Assembly (NCBI GenBank): GCA_947646115.1
Contig: CANSFH010000003.1
Location: 16,078-80,077 of the forward strand
Direction of reading: 5' to 3'
DNA from: an uncultured Mycoplasma sp.
GTDB taxonomy: Bacteria > Bacillota_I > Bacilli_A > RF39 > UBA660
Length of the DNA stretch: 64,000 bases
This document shows, in pieces, positions 1 to 9,258 of the stretch. A program made the position numbers and the translations under genes. The notes beneath the pieces are model-generated. The model had not been told where the DNA came from, did not search any database, and saw only the letters and a list, made by a program, of their open reading frames with translations. How positions within the stretch are numbered: position 1 is the stretch's first letter; every line of letters starts with the position of its first letter.

Positions 1-442
1 GGCCATGAGGATTAACAAATTTAGTATTCTTCATACCTATTATAGTAGCATATTCGTTCATTAAATAAACAAAACCATCAAGAGAACCAGCGACAGTATT
101 TGCTATGGCAACTGCGGCATCATTTCCACTTCTAAGCATTAAACCATATAATAAGTCTTTTAATTTTATTTCTTCTCCGACACTTAAATATACACTTGAA
201 CCATAAGCTTTTAGGATATCTTCATCAGCTACAACTATTTTGTCTAGATCACTATATTTAATTGTTACAAGACAAGTCATTATTTTAGTAATAGATGCAA
301 TTAGTTGAGGTTCATCACTATTTAGATTATATAAGACTCGGCCACTATTTAAATCCATTACAATAGCTTTATTTGCACTTATAGCAAATATATTTAATGG
401 TAAGATAATAAAACTTAATATTGCAAATATTATTTTTTTCAT
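1..442 (-). CDS. D-alanyl-D-alanine carboxypeptidase (low-MW PBP, peptidase S11, DacB/PBP5-like); N-terminal part only, 3' end runs off the window
   Basis: Not in ORF track because it is open at the window edge. ATG at 442-440 (minus) gives MKKIIFAILSFIILPLNIFAISANKAIVMDLNSGRVLYNLNSDEPQLIASITKIMT... This is a signal peptide followed by the SxxK active site (SITK), with LRSGNDAA (SxN) further on. Confidence 0.8.
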   Translation of the reverse strand, partial: MKKIIFAILSFIILPLNIFAISANKAIVMDLNSGRVLYNLNSDEPQLIASITKIMTCLVTIKYSDLDKIVVADEDILKAYGSSVYLSVGEEIKLKDLLYGLMLRSGNDAAVAIANTVAGSLDGFVYLMNEYATIIGMKNTKFVNPHG

Positions 443-504
443 AGACTCACCCTATTTAAATGTATGATGATAAGAATGTAAAAATAACTTTCATTAAATG
501 AAAG

Positions 505-1128
505 TTATTTCTTTGGAGCAAGTTGGGTAATAGTTTCATCCAAATTTTCTAAATCTAAGTTGTTGTTGGCTATTAAATCATCTAATAAAGGGGCAAGATG
601 TCCCATTATTTCAGCGACTATTGCTTGTTGTTCACCTATTTTTTCTTCTAAAGAGTATTTTTCTTCAAGATATACCCTTCGACGATGAGAGTTTTCACGT
701 CTTTTTTCTTCTAACAAAGCTAGTTTTTCTTTTTCATCTAATATGGCTTGAGCATTTTTAACTCTTAATGTTTGATAATGTTTTTTATTTTTAGATTCTT
801 TATAGAAAAAACTCAAACCTTCTAAAATGGTTGCTATAAGAAAATAAATAATTACAGAAGGTCCTAGGAAATGAAAAGAACTGAAAGCTAAAAAGATAGT
901 AGCAATATAAATAACACCGTGGGTGGCAATATTATTAAGTTCAGTTTCTCCTTCGCCCATAACCTCACTTAACTCTTCTAGTCGTTTTACGATTTGGCCG
1001 AATTCTTTATTTATTTCTTTTGATGTTTTATCAGCAACAGCTAGTTTTTTAGTTACTGATTGCAAATCTTGTTTCAATTCTTTAATATAGTTACGACAAT
1101 TTTCTAAAATTTCAAGATAATTTTTCAT
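505..1128 (-). CDS. hypothetical membrane protein with coiled-coil flanks
   Basis: ORF track. Two central hydrophobic helices (VIYIATIFLAFSSFHFLG, VIIYFLIATILEGLSFF) lie between charged heptad-like segments. No family recognised. Confidence 0.5.
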   Translation of the reverse strand: MKNYLEILENCRNYIKELKQDLQSVTKKLAVADKTSKEINKEFGQIVKRLEELSEVMGEGETELNNIATHGVIYIATIFLAFSSFHFLGPSVIIYFLIATILEGLSFFYKESKNKKHYQTLRVKNAQAILDEKEKLALLEEKRRENSHRRRVYLEEKYSLEEKIGEQQAIVAEIMGHLAPLLDDLIANNNLDLENLDETITQLAPKK

Positions 1129-1146
1129 AAACTCACACTCTTTTTA

Positions 1147-1344
1147 TTAATCTTCAAATAAATTATCTACTAATGATTTAATACCTTTTTTTCTTTTTTG
1201 GGTAGCATTACTATCAATATTTATTTTTATTACATCGCCTTCTTTAGCTTTGGGTAATAATTTTTTAGATATTTTAGCAAATTCGCCAATATTAATTTCA
1301 ACGATAGCATAGTCTTGTTCAAATCTATCAATAATAACTTCCAT
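1147..1344 (-). CDS. small DUF3006-like protein
   Basis: 65 aa, with a 4-nt gap to the downstream ComEC-type MBL hydrolase, which is the usual DUF3006 context. Sequence pattern IDRFEQDYAIVE...GDVI. Confidence 0.55.
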   Translation of the reverse strand: MEVIIDRFEQDYAIVEINIGEFAKISKKLLPKAKEGDVIKINIDSNATQKRKKGIKSLVDNLFED

Positions 1345-1348
1345 AATA

Positions 1349-2224
1349 TTAATTCCTTTCTAGAATTGCATTTATGTCAATGCCATTACTTTTTATAATT
1401 ATAGTGCCATTTAAATCAGTACGATAAATATTATTTGTATATTGCTTTATTTTTTCTATTGTTTCTATACTCGGATGATTATATGAATTATTTTCTCCTA
1501 CACTTATTATAGCATATTTAGGATTAACTTTAGCTAAAAATTTAGCACTTGTACTAGTATTTGAACCATGATGCCCTATCTTTATAACGTCAGCACTAAT
1601 ATCAGTATTGATTTCATTTTCGCTTAATTCTTCAGCGTCACCCGTAAAAAGAAATTTAGTATTGCCATAAACTAATTTTAAGACTAAAGAATAGTTATTT
1701 AAGCTAGCATATTTTTCTTTATTAGGAGCGACTAAAAAACTATGTAAATTTTCTTCTGATAATATTTCGACACCAGCCTTACCAGTTTTTATCTTTAAAT
1801 CTTTATTTTTAATAGTTGTTAAGAGATTCTCATAAGTTTTACTTGTTGCTACCGCTTTAGGCATATAAATAGTTCCAATTTCAAAAGTACTAATGATTTC
1901 ACTTAAACCGCCAATGTGGTCAGCATGAGGATGAGTTCCTAAAATAAAATCTATTTGGGAATACCCTAAATCTTTTATATAATTTGTTATTTTAGAAGCA
2001 TACTTTTTTTCAGCACCATCAATTAGCATTGTTCTATTATTAGGAAGTTCAATAAATATTGAATCTCCTTGCCCAACATCTAAAAAATGCACTACTAACT
2101 CATTCTCTAATTTTTCGGTAACATTAGAAACAGGGTTACCTTTACTTTCTTTGATGTCAATAATAGGATTAGCACAACTAGTTAAACTAAAGAGCATTAT
2201 CAATATAATAACAAATTTCTTCAT
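1349..2224 (-). CDS. lipoprotein MBL-fold metallo-hydrolase (ComEC C-terminal-domain-like)
   Basis: Lipobox LTSC after a signal peptide. Motifs HPHADHIGG (HxHxDH), TGDAE and GHHGS. Confidence 0.8.
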   Translation of the reverse strand: MKKFVIILIMLFSLTSCANPIIDIKESKGNPVSNVTEKLENELVVHFLDVGQGDSIFIELPNNRTMLIDGAEKKYASKITNYIKDLGYSQIDFILGTHPHADHIGGLSEIISTFEIGTIYMPKAVATSKTYENLLTTIKNKDLKIKTGKAGVEILSEENLHSFLVAPNKEKYASLNNYSLVLKLVYGNTKFLFTGDAEELSENEINTDISADVIKIGHHGSNTSTSAKFLAKVNPKYAIISVGENNSYNHPSIETIEKIKQYTNNIYRTDLNGTIIIKSNGIDINAILERN

Positions 2225-2295
2225 ATTATCCCTCTATTATAATTATAGAAGATATCGAAAAAAAGAACAATGATTTTTTTTCATTATTCTTTAAA

Positions 2296-2463
2296 TTATT
2301 TATCCATATTATTTAAAGCAAAGTTGCAAGCATCAATAACAAACTGCGAGAAAGTAATTTTTTTATCAGTAGCTTTATTTATTTTATTAATTAGTTCTTT
2401 AGGAAACCTTATACATTTATTATTAGTTTCTTCTTTTATTTTTTCTTCTATTTTAAACTTCAT
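2296..2463 (-). CDS. small ribbon-helix-helix (CopG/Arc-like) protein, 55 aa
   Basis: My own translation of the minus strand: MKFKIEEKIKEETNNKCIRFPKELINKINKATDKKITFSQFVIDACNFALNNMDK. It shows the beta-strand (CIRFPKEL) plus two-helix pattern with the ..S.FVI.AC..AL ending typical of RHH proteins. AAAGG lies 6 nt before the ATG. It is co-oriented with its neighbours, unlike the low-complexity plus-strand ORF 2270-2467 listed in the track. Confidence 0.45.
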   Translation of the reverse strand: MKFKIEEKIKEETNNKCIRFPKELINKINKATDKKITFSQFVIDACNFALNNMDK

Positions 2464-2472
2464 GTAATACCT

Positions 2473-3792
2473 TTACTCAACTACGTATGGATCACTTGCT
2501 GTTCCTTTTCCTGTTAATGTTACATCAGCTTTCAGATTTATTACTGGGCGCACACCATGTTGAGAATCAACAGCTGATGAACCATAAACAGCATAAAATC
2601 CACCTTCATTGCCAATAACAAATACATTTGCTGGGTTAACAAATTCGGCTGTATTATCAAATTCTATAGGTGATAATGTCCAATAAAGTTGGCCTGTATA
2701 CAAATAATAACTTTTGTTTTTGCCTCCCCATGTACCTCCGACCATAGAAACTTCATCTGCACTTATTAGTCCTATTGGATAAGTTAATGACTTGTTTCCT
2801 TTATTAGAACCACTTAATGTGTAGAAATCTTCTGTTGGACATGTTAGTACTGGTGATTTATTTGTTATTAATCTTATATCTCCTCCATAATATGTTCTAG
2901 TTGTTCCTGTTCCTCCTGAATTATTTATTGTACTTGAACTTGTACTTGGTGTTCTATCTCCACAAAATCCTGCATTTGTATCTAATTTACTTGCATAACT
3001 TGATAGATTGCTTGTATACCATGTTTCTAAATTTTCTAGTATTGTGGATTTTGTTCCTGTTCCGTGTACTTGTCCACTTGTGTATTTAAATCCTACATGC
3101 ATATTATTATTATTTGTCGAATTAAATTTACTTGTATTTAAAGTTAATGTTGTCCCGTTTGCTCTTGCTGTCTCACCATCATAAATTAAACGGATACTTC
3201 TATCACCATTGATTCTGATAATTCGCCAGAATTTATTGGCAAATTTTACGTAATTGTTTTCTACTGCTCCTCTAAAATAGTAACTATCCTTTCCTGATTC
3301 ATCTATTGCTTTATATACGCCTTCATCGGTTGTTGCTGATTTACTGAAGTCTGGTGTTCCTTCATTTACTATTATACTAGATAGTATACAATCTGCACCT
3401 TTACATAATTTCTTATCAAAATATATATAGCATCTATCACCTTTTGATAGCATTGATATTACATGTTGACCATTTCCATCTGTATACATTCTTGCATTAT
3501 TATCTTTACTTCCATTTAGATTACAATAACTTTTACTTTCGTTTATTGTGTATCCGCTTGTTGGCATAGTACTTATTTCTATATCTCCTGCTCCATCATT
3601 TTTATACATGGCGATAATATTAAAATCAGGTATCTTATAGTTTATTGTTCCACTTGCTATTGTTACATTCTTTGTTGTTTGATATCTCGCATAACTTAAT
3701 TGCACTGTGAAAACTATAGCTATTATTACTAATGCTATTACTCCTATTATTATTTCTTTCTTATGACTTTTTTTTATTACTTCAAATTGCAT
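2473..3792 (-). CDS. signal-anchored extracellular protein, DUF6273-like C-terminal module
   Basis: N-terminal TM (IIIGVIALVIIAIVFTV). The C-terminal half shows FWRIIRINGD.SIRLI ... IGLISADEV ... YWTLSP ... GVRPVINL, the W.(V/I)L / (W)LxSP / GVRP pattern I associate with DUF6273-type surface proteins. A paralog fragment lies at 63882-64000. Confidence 0.6.
   Translation of the reverse strand: MQFEVIKKSHKKEIIIGVIALVIIAIVFTVQLSYARYQTTKNVTIASGTINYKIPDFNIIAMYKNDGAGDIEISTMPTSGYTINESKSYCNLNGSKDNNARMYTDGNGQHVISMLSKGDRCYIYFDKKLCKGADCILSSIIVNEGTPDFSKSATTDEGVYKAIDESGKDSYYFRGAVENNYVKFANKFWRIIRINGDRSIRLIYDGETARANGTTLTLNTSKFNSTNNNNMHVGFKYTSGQVHGTGTKSTILENLETWYTSNLSSYASKLDTNAGFCGDRTPSTSSSTINNSGGTGTTRTYYGGDIRLITNKSPVLTCPTEDFYTLSGSNKGNKSLTYPIGLISADEVSMVGGTWGGKNKSYYLYTGQLYWTLSPIEFDNTAEFVNPANVFVIGNEGGFYAVYGSSAVDSQHGVRPVINLKADVTLTGKGTASDPYVVE
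2501..2557 (-). repeat. 57-nt near-identical segment shared with 63922-63978
   Basis: 48 consecutive identical nucleotides (2510-2557 = 63931-63978), extended by 9 nt with one mismatch. It encodes GVRPVINLKADVTLTG in both genes. Confidence 0.85.
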
Positions 3793-3968
3793 TATTTATC
3801 CCTTCCTTACAAAGTTCTAAATAACTGAGCGCTCGGGTTATATTAGAAATTTATCATTTACATTATTATTATATATCTTGGGTATACTAAAGTCAAGAAT
3901 TATTTCCTATTTACCAAACTTTTATTACTTTTAGACTTTATTGTAAGAAAATGGAACTAGGTGATATT

Positions 3969-4421
3969 ATGAATTTGAAAAATTTAGTGAATTATAGAAT
4001 AGAAAAAGGAATAAGTCAAAAAGAAATGATAGAAGTTTTAAATATTTCTAAAGGCACTTATTCAGCTTGGGAATCAGGAAAAGATAATATTCCTCTTTAT
4101 AGATTAAATGAAATATGCAATTATTTAGGTATATCCATAGACTATGCTTTAGGTATATCTAGTAAAGAAAATTATGCAATTATAAGTAAAGATTTGGATT
4201 TAAAATTGATAGGAAAAAGAATAAAAGATATAAGAAAAGGTAAAAAATATACTTTAGAGAAACTGGCTACTGCTTTAAATACTTCTATTTCCGTAATTTC
4301 AAGATATGAAAATGGCCATACATTAATACTTACTTCTTTTATTTATGAATACTCTAAATTATTTAACGTATCTGTAGATTATTTATTAGGTAGAACTAAC
4401 GATTATAATATTTATAACTAA
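3969..4421 (+). CDS. XRE-family transcriptional regulator with two tandem HTH domains
   Basis: Two HTH_3-like units (ISQKEMIEVLNISKGTYSAWESG and YTLEKLATALNTSISVISRYENG). The ORF track starts at 3951, but the ATG at 3969 is preceded by AGGTGA. Confidence 0.8.
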   Translation: MNLKNLVNYRIEKGISQKEMIEVLNISKGTYSAWESGKDNIPLYRLNEICNYLGISIDYALGISSKENYAIISKDLDLKLIGKRIKDIRKGKKYTLEKLATALNTSISVISRYENGHTLILTSFIYEYSKLFNVSVDYLLGRTNDYNIYN

Positions 4422-4448
4422 AAAAGAACGATTACTAGTCGTTCTTTT
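4422..4448. terminator. bidirectional terminator between the XRE gene and the lipoprotein gene
   Basis: AAAAGAACGA-ttactag-TCGTTCTTTT. Confidence 0.6.
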
Positions 4449-4983
4449 CATCATAATTGTAAACACCATGAAGTTTTTCTAAAGTTTCTTCATTAGGTTG
4501 TTCAACTTTCCATTTACCGTCTTCTTTATTTACTTTGAAAACAATTGTATAGGAAATTGTATCAGTTATTTTACTCATTTCTTTTAATTTGTATTCTAAA
4601 TATTTAGCAGCATCATAGGCACCATTAGTTGTAAATTCATCTTTATGTTCATTTAAATAATCATTAGAATTTTTTTGAGCTTTGTAAAGGTCATATACTG
4701 TGATTTTTGCTGTTACTTTAGCTGTATCACCATCATAGTCTTCGTTTTCGATAGTGTACATTAAATCACGATATTGACGTTTTAATGTCTCTCTGTAGGC
4801 ATCCTTATTGTTATCGTCAATATTTTCTTTTTCTGCTAATGTTTCTATATCTTTTAGAACATTATCAGATAATCCCTTATAATCGTTTAGATAATCTTTT
4901 ACAGCATCCGCAGCTTTATTATTTGCACATGAACATCCTACTGCTAGAAAAATACAAGTAAGAAATAAAATAATTTTCTTCAT
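4435..4983 (-). CDS. lipoprotein of unknown function
   Basis: MKKIILFLTCIFLAVGCS contains a lipobox (AVGC). The ATG at 4983 has an upstream AAAGGA..GGTG. The track start at 4992 is a TTG. Confidence 0.6.
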   Translation of the reverse strand: MKKIILFLTCIFLAVGCSCANNKAADAVKDYLNDYKGLSDNVLKDIETLAEKENIDDNNKDAYRETLKRQYRDLMYTIENEDYDGDTAKVTAKITVYDLYKAQKNSNDYLNEHKDEFTTNGAYDAAKYLEYKLKEMSKITDTISYTIVFKVNKEDGKWKVEQPNEETLEKLHGVYNYDEKND

Positions 4984-5088
4984 TTTCACCAATCCTTTAC
5001 TTATATTATGAGGTATAAACTTTTAAATTATACGAAAAATGTTTTTTTTATTTTTTATTTGTAGTATAATAAGTATAGGTGAATAGAT

Positions 5089-5406
5089 ATGGATACATGG
5101 TTACAATATTTAATTATTGGAATAGTTTTATTTTTAATTTGTTTAATAGTGCTTAAATTAACAAAAAGAGATTTTAGAATTGAAGCTAATAAGTTAATTG
5201 GTTATTTAGGTGGAAAAGACAATATTGTTAGTGCTGAATGTAATATGAGTAGATTTAAAGTTATTTTAAAAGATATATCTTTAGTTAATAAAGAAGCGAT
5301 TGAAAAACTTGGTGCTAAAGGAATTGTAGAAATTGATAATCAACTTAAAATAATTTTTGGTAAAGAAGCTCATCAGTTAAAAAGATATATTGACGATATA
5401 ATTTAA
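5089..5406 (+). CDS. membrane-anchored PTS EIIB(Glc)-like domain protein (orphan)
   Basis: N-terminal TM followed by LIGYLGGKDNIVSAECNMSRFKVILKD, which resembles the EIIB signature ..GG..NI....C.TRLR. No EIIC or EIIA gene is adjacent. Confidence 0.55.
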   Translation: MDTWLQYLIIGIVLFLICLIVLKLTKRDFRIEANKLIGYLGGKDNIVSAECNMSRFKVILKDISLVNKEAIEKLGAKGIVEIDNQLKIIFGKEAHQLKRYIDDII

Positions 5407-5436
5407 AACAAGACTATTGAACTAGTCTTGTTTTTC
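5407..5436. terminator. bidirectional terminator after the EIIB-like gene
   Basis: AACAAGACTA-ttgaac-TAGTCTTGTT followed by TTT. An A-run precedes it, serving the opposite strand. Confidence 0.7.
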
Positions 5437-5461
5437 TATATTTTACTAAAATTTTTAATAA

Positions 5462-6610
5462 TTATCCTCTAGAAACACTACCAGGATTTTCGTCTAGTTC
5501 TTCGCCATTATGCTTTTTAAATATTTCACCATAAGCAATTTCATAAGATGCACGAATAACTTTTTCTAATTGTGGTAATTCAGCAACCAAAATATTTCCA
5601 GAGTTTTCAAGATTTTCAAAAAAGTGTTTTAATGTAGCTATGTTATTTTCATTGGCAACCGGATCTTCTTCGAGTTTTTGGATAGCAGCATTTAATATTG
5701 TAGGAACATTAGCAATATTAACATTTCTAACAGGTGTATTTGGTCCTACTTCAATATCATCACTTTTAAGTACTTTCTCTGGTAAGTGAACATTGCCATT
5801 ATCATCTAATAAAGTATAATCTCCAGCTGGCACACTTCTAAAAATATGAAAGCCAAACATATCAGTATTAGTATTTTCGAACCAAGATACAGTTTTCAAT
5901 CCTAGATTTAATACGCCTCCACAAGAACTATAAAAATATGAACCATAAAATAGATTATTAATATTTATTAAATAGTCATCACTTACTCTTTTTGCTAATT
6001 CTTTTTCTTCTTCTATCTTTTTTTTAGCAGCATAAGAAATTAATTCAGGAAACAACTCTATATCATCTCCGTTTTTTCTGATACTTTCATTAATTCTACG
6101 TTGCAAAGAGCGCACTAATTCATATTCATACTCTTTTCGATCTTCATATTTTAAATCATATAAAGGTAGCCAAGTTTTAGGATTAAATTGGGGTTTTGTT
6201 CCACTACTTAATACAATACTATCATCTATAAAGTCCACTGGGTGCGTTAACATTAAATTAATATCAATTAAAGATTTATCTAGAACTCCACCAATACTAT
6301 ATTTTCCAATAAATCCACATAATATTATAAATCTATTTTTATCTTTGCCACATATTTCATAAAGTTGATAAAGTTTCTCGCCTAAATATCCATATTCATC
6401 TAAAAGCATCATATTTGTCGTTCCGTCGTATTCAGCATATTCCATAAAATCTTCAGCATCGGGACCTTCAAGGTATTTGCCTACTGCATAAGATATTATA
6501 AAATTTAAAAAATCTTCATCACCTTTAAAGTTATTAATATCACCAGCAGTATAAGCATCAATTATTTCTTCTACGCTATAACTTTTATTCATAAAATCTA
6601 TTTTTAACAT
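5462..6610 (-). CDS. hypothetical cytoplasmic protein
   Basis: Long ORF with a GGGGGA Shine-Dalgarno. No motif recognised. Confidence 0.5.
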   Translation of the reverse strand: MLKIDFMNKSYSVEEIIDAYTAGDINNFKGDEDFLNFIISYAVGKYLEGPDAEDFMEYAEYDGTTNMMLLDEYGYLGEKLYQLYEICGKDKNRFIILCGFIGKYSIGGVLDKSLIDINLMLTHPVDFIDDSIVLSSGTKPQFNPKTWLPLYDLKYEDRKEYEYELVRSLQRRINESIRKNGDDIELFPELISYAAKKKIEEEKELAKRVSDDYLININNLFYGSYFYSSCGGVLNLGLKTVSWFENTNTDMFGFHIFRSVPAGDYTLLDDNGNVHLPEKVLKSDDIEVGPNTPVRNVNIANVPTILNAAIQKLEEDPVANENNIATLKHFFENLENSGNILVAELPQLEKVIRASYEIAYGEIFKKHNGEELDENPGSVSRG

Positions 6611-6772
6611 AAAAATATCCCCCTTTTTTATTAGTTATATATATTATACTAATTAATTATTTTTGTCAATAATTGCTTTTACCTCTGTAATTCTTTTTAG
6701 AAATAATCTAAATTTTAAGATTAAATAAAAAACACTTAACAATAAGATTTTCATCTTAAAATTAAGCGCAAC

Positions 6773-7306
6773 CTAATTATTAATCCAGTATCTTTTAAGT
6801 TCTTCTTTATCTTTTTTGATAGTGTTTTCTAAAAAACCACCACAATTTTCAATAACTTTACAACTGGCAATATTTTTTATATTACAAGTAATTAAAACTC
6901 TTTTTATATCTAGTTTTTTAGTTTCTTCTAAAGCAAGTTTTAAACCTTCAGTGCCATATCCTTTTTTTCTTTCACTTGGTCTTATAGAATAACCAATGTG
7001 ACCAGCAAAATTTAGTAAAAAATCATTTAGTTCATGACGAATATTATACATACCTAAAACTGTATTGTCACTATTTCTAACTAAAATATAGGTTGTAGCG
7101 GGTACTCTATTAGGAAGCAAATCTTCTCCTTTACTTTCTTTATTTATTTTTAGAAGCCAATCATCAAAGTTATTAAATGATTCTAAACTAGCCATACCCG
7201 CATATTGCCATGGAGTGTTTTTATCTTGTTCTTCTATTTCTTTTAGCATTGCAAGAATATCTTCATCGTAATCTTTTATAGCTTTTATAAGTTTTAAATC
7301 ATTCAT
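6773..7306 (-). CDS. GNAT family N-acetyltransferase (COG3981-like)
   Basis: Matches the family pattern: IRHELNDFLLNFAGHIGYSIRPSERKKGYGTEGLKLAL...ITCNIKNIASCKVIENCGG. Confidence 0.8.
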   Translation of the reverse strand: MNDLKLIKAIKDYDEDILAMLKEIEEQDKNTPWQYAGMASLESFNNFDDWLLKINKESKGEDLLPNRVPATTYILVRNSDNTVLGMYNIRHELNDFLLNFAGHIGYSIRPSERKKGYGTEGLKLALEETKKLDIKRVLITCNIKNIASCKVIENCGGFLENTIKKDKEELKRYWINN

Positions 7307-7309
7307 ATA

Positions 7310-8056
7310 TTATTTCCTTTCTTTATTTTCTACTTCTTCTTTTATTCTAGTTAGTGCAGCCAGAATTTCTTCAGGCCAACATAAAAATTCATAATCAAAG
7401 AAATCTACATCTACTGGCAAATCCTTTAAACATTTAATTAATTCATTTAATTTGTTTTGTAAATCTTGATATTCATCTAAAGTATAAGTTCTAAATGGTT
7501 TAATCTTATATTTTTTAAAATATGTTTTTTTAGCCATGATTAAATTTTTAGAAAAATCATAGACATCATCACCAACAATTACAAAAGCATTAAGTTTGGG
7601 TACTCCTCTGTAATCAGTCTCTTTGGCAATAGTTAATAAGCCATTAAAATATCGCATTAAAATTATGGCATCTGAAAAGGCATATTTAGCTCGAGAAGAA
7701 TTTTTTAAGATATCAGTATTATTAGGATAAAAATCAGATAAAATGCGAAAATGAATATTATTAAATACCCAATCTTCACCATCTTTTGCTACCTGCAATT
7801 TACGTGAAAGCAATAAATCATGAAATATATCACCACGAAGTAGCATAGTAAATTTCTCTATAGTTTCTAAATCTATATTTTTAGATTTTCGGTCTAAATT
7901 ATATTTCTTATATTCATAACTATAAACTCTTGATTCTATTTCTTCTATAGAGCAGCCTGCTATAGTTAAATCTTGGCGCAATATTGCACTTTTTCCAAGC
8001 GTTTCTCGATATTTTTCTATATCTATATTTGTATTTCTTGTAACCCACTGATACAT
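7310..8056 (-). CDS. hypothetical protein
   Basis: ORF track. It lies 16 nt downstream of truB and 3 nt upstream of the GNAT gene, so it is probably co-transcribed with them. No motif recognised. Confidence 0.5.
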   Translation of the reverse strand: MYQWVTRNTNIDIEKYRETLGKSAILRQDLTIAGCSIEEIESRVYSYEYKKYNLDRKSKNIDLETIEKFTMLLRGDIFHDLLLSRKLQVAKDGEDWVFNNIHFRILSDFYPNNTDILKNSSRAKYAFSDAIILMRYFNGLLTIAKETDYRGVPKLNAFVIVGDDVYDFSKNLIMAKKTYFKKYKIKPFRTYTLDEYQDLQNKLNELIKCLKDLPVDVDFFDYEFLCWPEEILAALTRIKEEVENKERK

Positions 8057-8072
8057 TATCTAAAACCTGCCT

Positions 8073-8921
8073 TTAATTTATTTTTAGCATCACGTAAACT
8101 TTATACCCTTTTTGGTCTTTTTCGTAAATAGCAATTTCTTCATTATTAAAAAGTAATAATACATATTTTTCATGACTTGATAATTTTATTTTATTACCAT
8201 TTTTGACTTTTTCATATTCAGTTTCACTTAAATTGTATATAGGAAATTTTAGTAAATTTCTAATACTTGATAGCTTAAAATTATTACTTTTTATATCATC
8301 TATACTATAAGAATTATCTATTGTAAAATCTCCCTGTTTAGTTCTAATTAAACTATTCATAGTTCCAATTGTATTTAGTGATAAGCAAATATCTCTTATT
8401 AAGCTTCTAATGTATGTTCCTTTTTCAACTTTAGTTCTAAATTTAATAATGTCATTATTAAACTCCAATAGTTCTAATTCGTGTATAAATACTTTTTTAA
8501 CTGGAAGTAATACACTAGTACCATTTCTAGCATATTCATATAATTTTTTGCCATTAACTTTAATTGCAGAATAGATTGGTACTTCCATTTCGTATTCCCC
8601 AATAAATTTATTAAAAATTTCTAAAATATCCTCTTTAGTAATATTAAAGTCTTGTTTTTCTAGTATATTGCCTGTAATATCCAAAGTATCAGTTTTTATG
8701 CCTAATTTAATTTCAGCAATATACTCTTTATCATAACTGGTTAACATATCAACTAGTTTAGTATAGCGGCCTACACAAACAACAAGAACTCCTTCCGCTA
8801 GAGGATCAAGAGTTCCTGTGTGGCCTACTTTTTTAGTGTTTAAACTTTTACCTACAATATTTACAACATCTCGAGATGTATAATCTTTAGGTTTATTTAT
8901 AACTATTAAGCCATTAATCAT
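8073..8921 (-). CDS. truB: tRNA pseudouridine(55) synthase
   Basis: GHTGTLDPLAEGVL catalytic-Asp motif. Synteny after rbfA. Confidence 0.9.
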   Translation of the reverse strand: MINGLIVINKPKDYTSRDVVNIVGKSLNTKKVGHTGTLDPLAEGVLVVCVGRYTKLVDMLTSYDKEYIAEIKLGIKTDTLDITGNILEKQDFNITKEDILEIFNKFIGEYEMEVPIYSAIKVNGKKLYEYARNGTSVLLPVKKVFIHELELLEFNNDIIKFRTKVEKGTYIRSLIRDICLSLNTIGTMNSLIRTKQGDFTIDNSYSIDDIKSNNFKLSSIRNLLKFPIYNLSETEYEKVKNGNKIKLSSHEKYVLLLFNNEEIAIYEKDQKGYKVYVMLKIN

Positions 8922-9258
8922 TTTCGTGTATCTCTTTTATTATACTTTCAATACGATTTGCATATTCTATAGAATCATCATAAACAAATTCTAATATTGG
9001 AGTATGGCGTAAGTCTAGACGTGCCGCTACTTCAGTTCTGATAAAGGAACTAGCTTCATTAACTTCTTTTACTAAAATATTTTTATCTAAATCACTTAAA
9101 GATGTAAAATATACTTTAGCATAACTTAAATCACGGGATACTTTACAGCCAGTAATAGTTATGGATTTTAATATATTATCTCTTGCTTCACTAAATATAA
9201 TCTCACTTATAACACGCATCATATCAGATGATATTTTAGCTATTTTATGGCTAGGCAT
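8914..9258 (-). CDS. rbfA: ribosome-binding factor A
   Basis: Size, the ITITGCKVSRDLSYAKVYF pattern, and position after infB. Confidence 0.9.
   Translation of the reverse strand: MPSHKIAKISSDMMRVISEIIFSEARDNILKSITITGCKVSRDLSYAKVYFTSLSDLDKNILVKEVNEASSFIRTEVAARLDLRHTPILEFVYDDSIEYANRIESIIKEIHEND

Noticed and set aside
2270-2467. Plus-strand 65-aa ORF from the track
   Set aside because: Its sequence is low-complexity and hydrophobic, and it has no Shine-Dalgarno. The opposite strand encodes a better-supported RHH protein that is co-oriented with its neighbours.
6773-8056. The GNAT gene plus the tightly coupled upstream 248-aa ORF as a GNAT-type toxin-antitoxin pair
   Set aside because: The GNAT matches the COG3981-like housekeeping-type pattern rather than TacT/AtaT-type toxins. 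The partner is far larger than RHH/DUF1778 antitoxins and has no DNA-binding motif that I can see.
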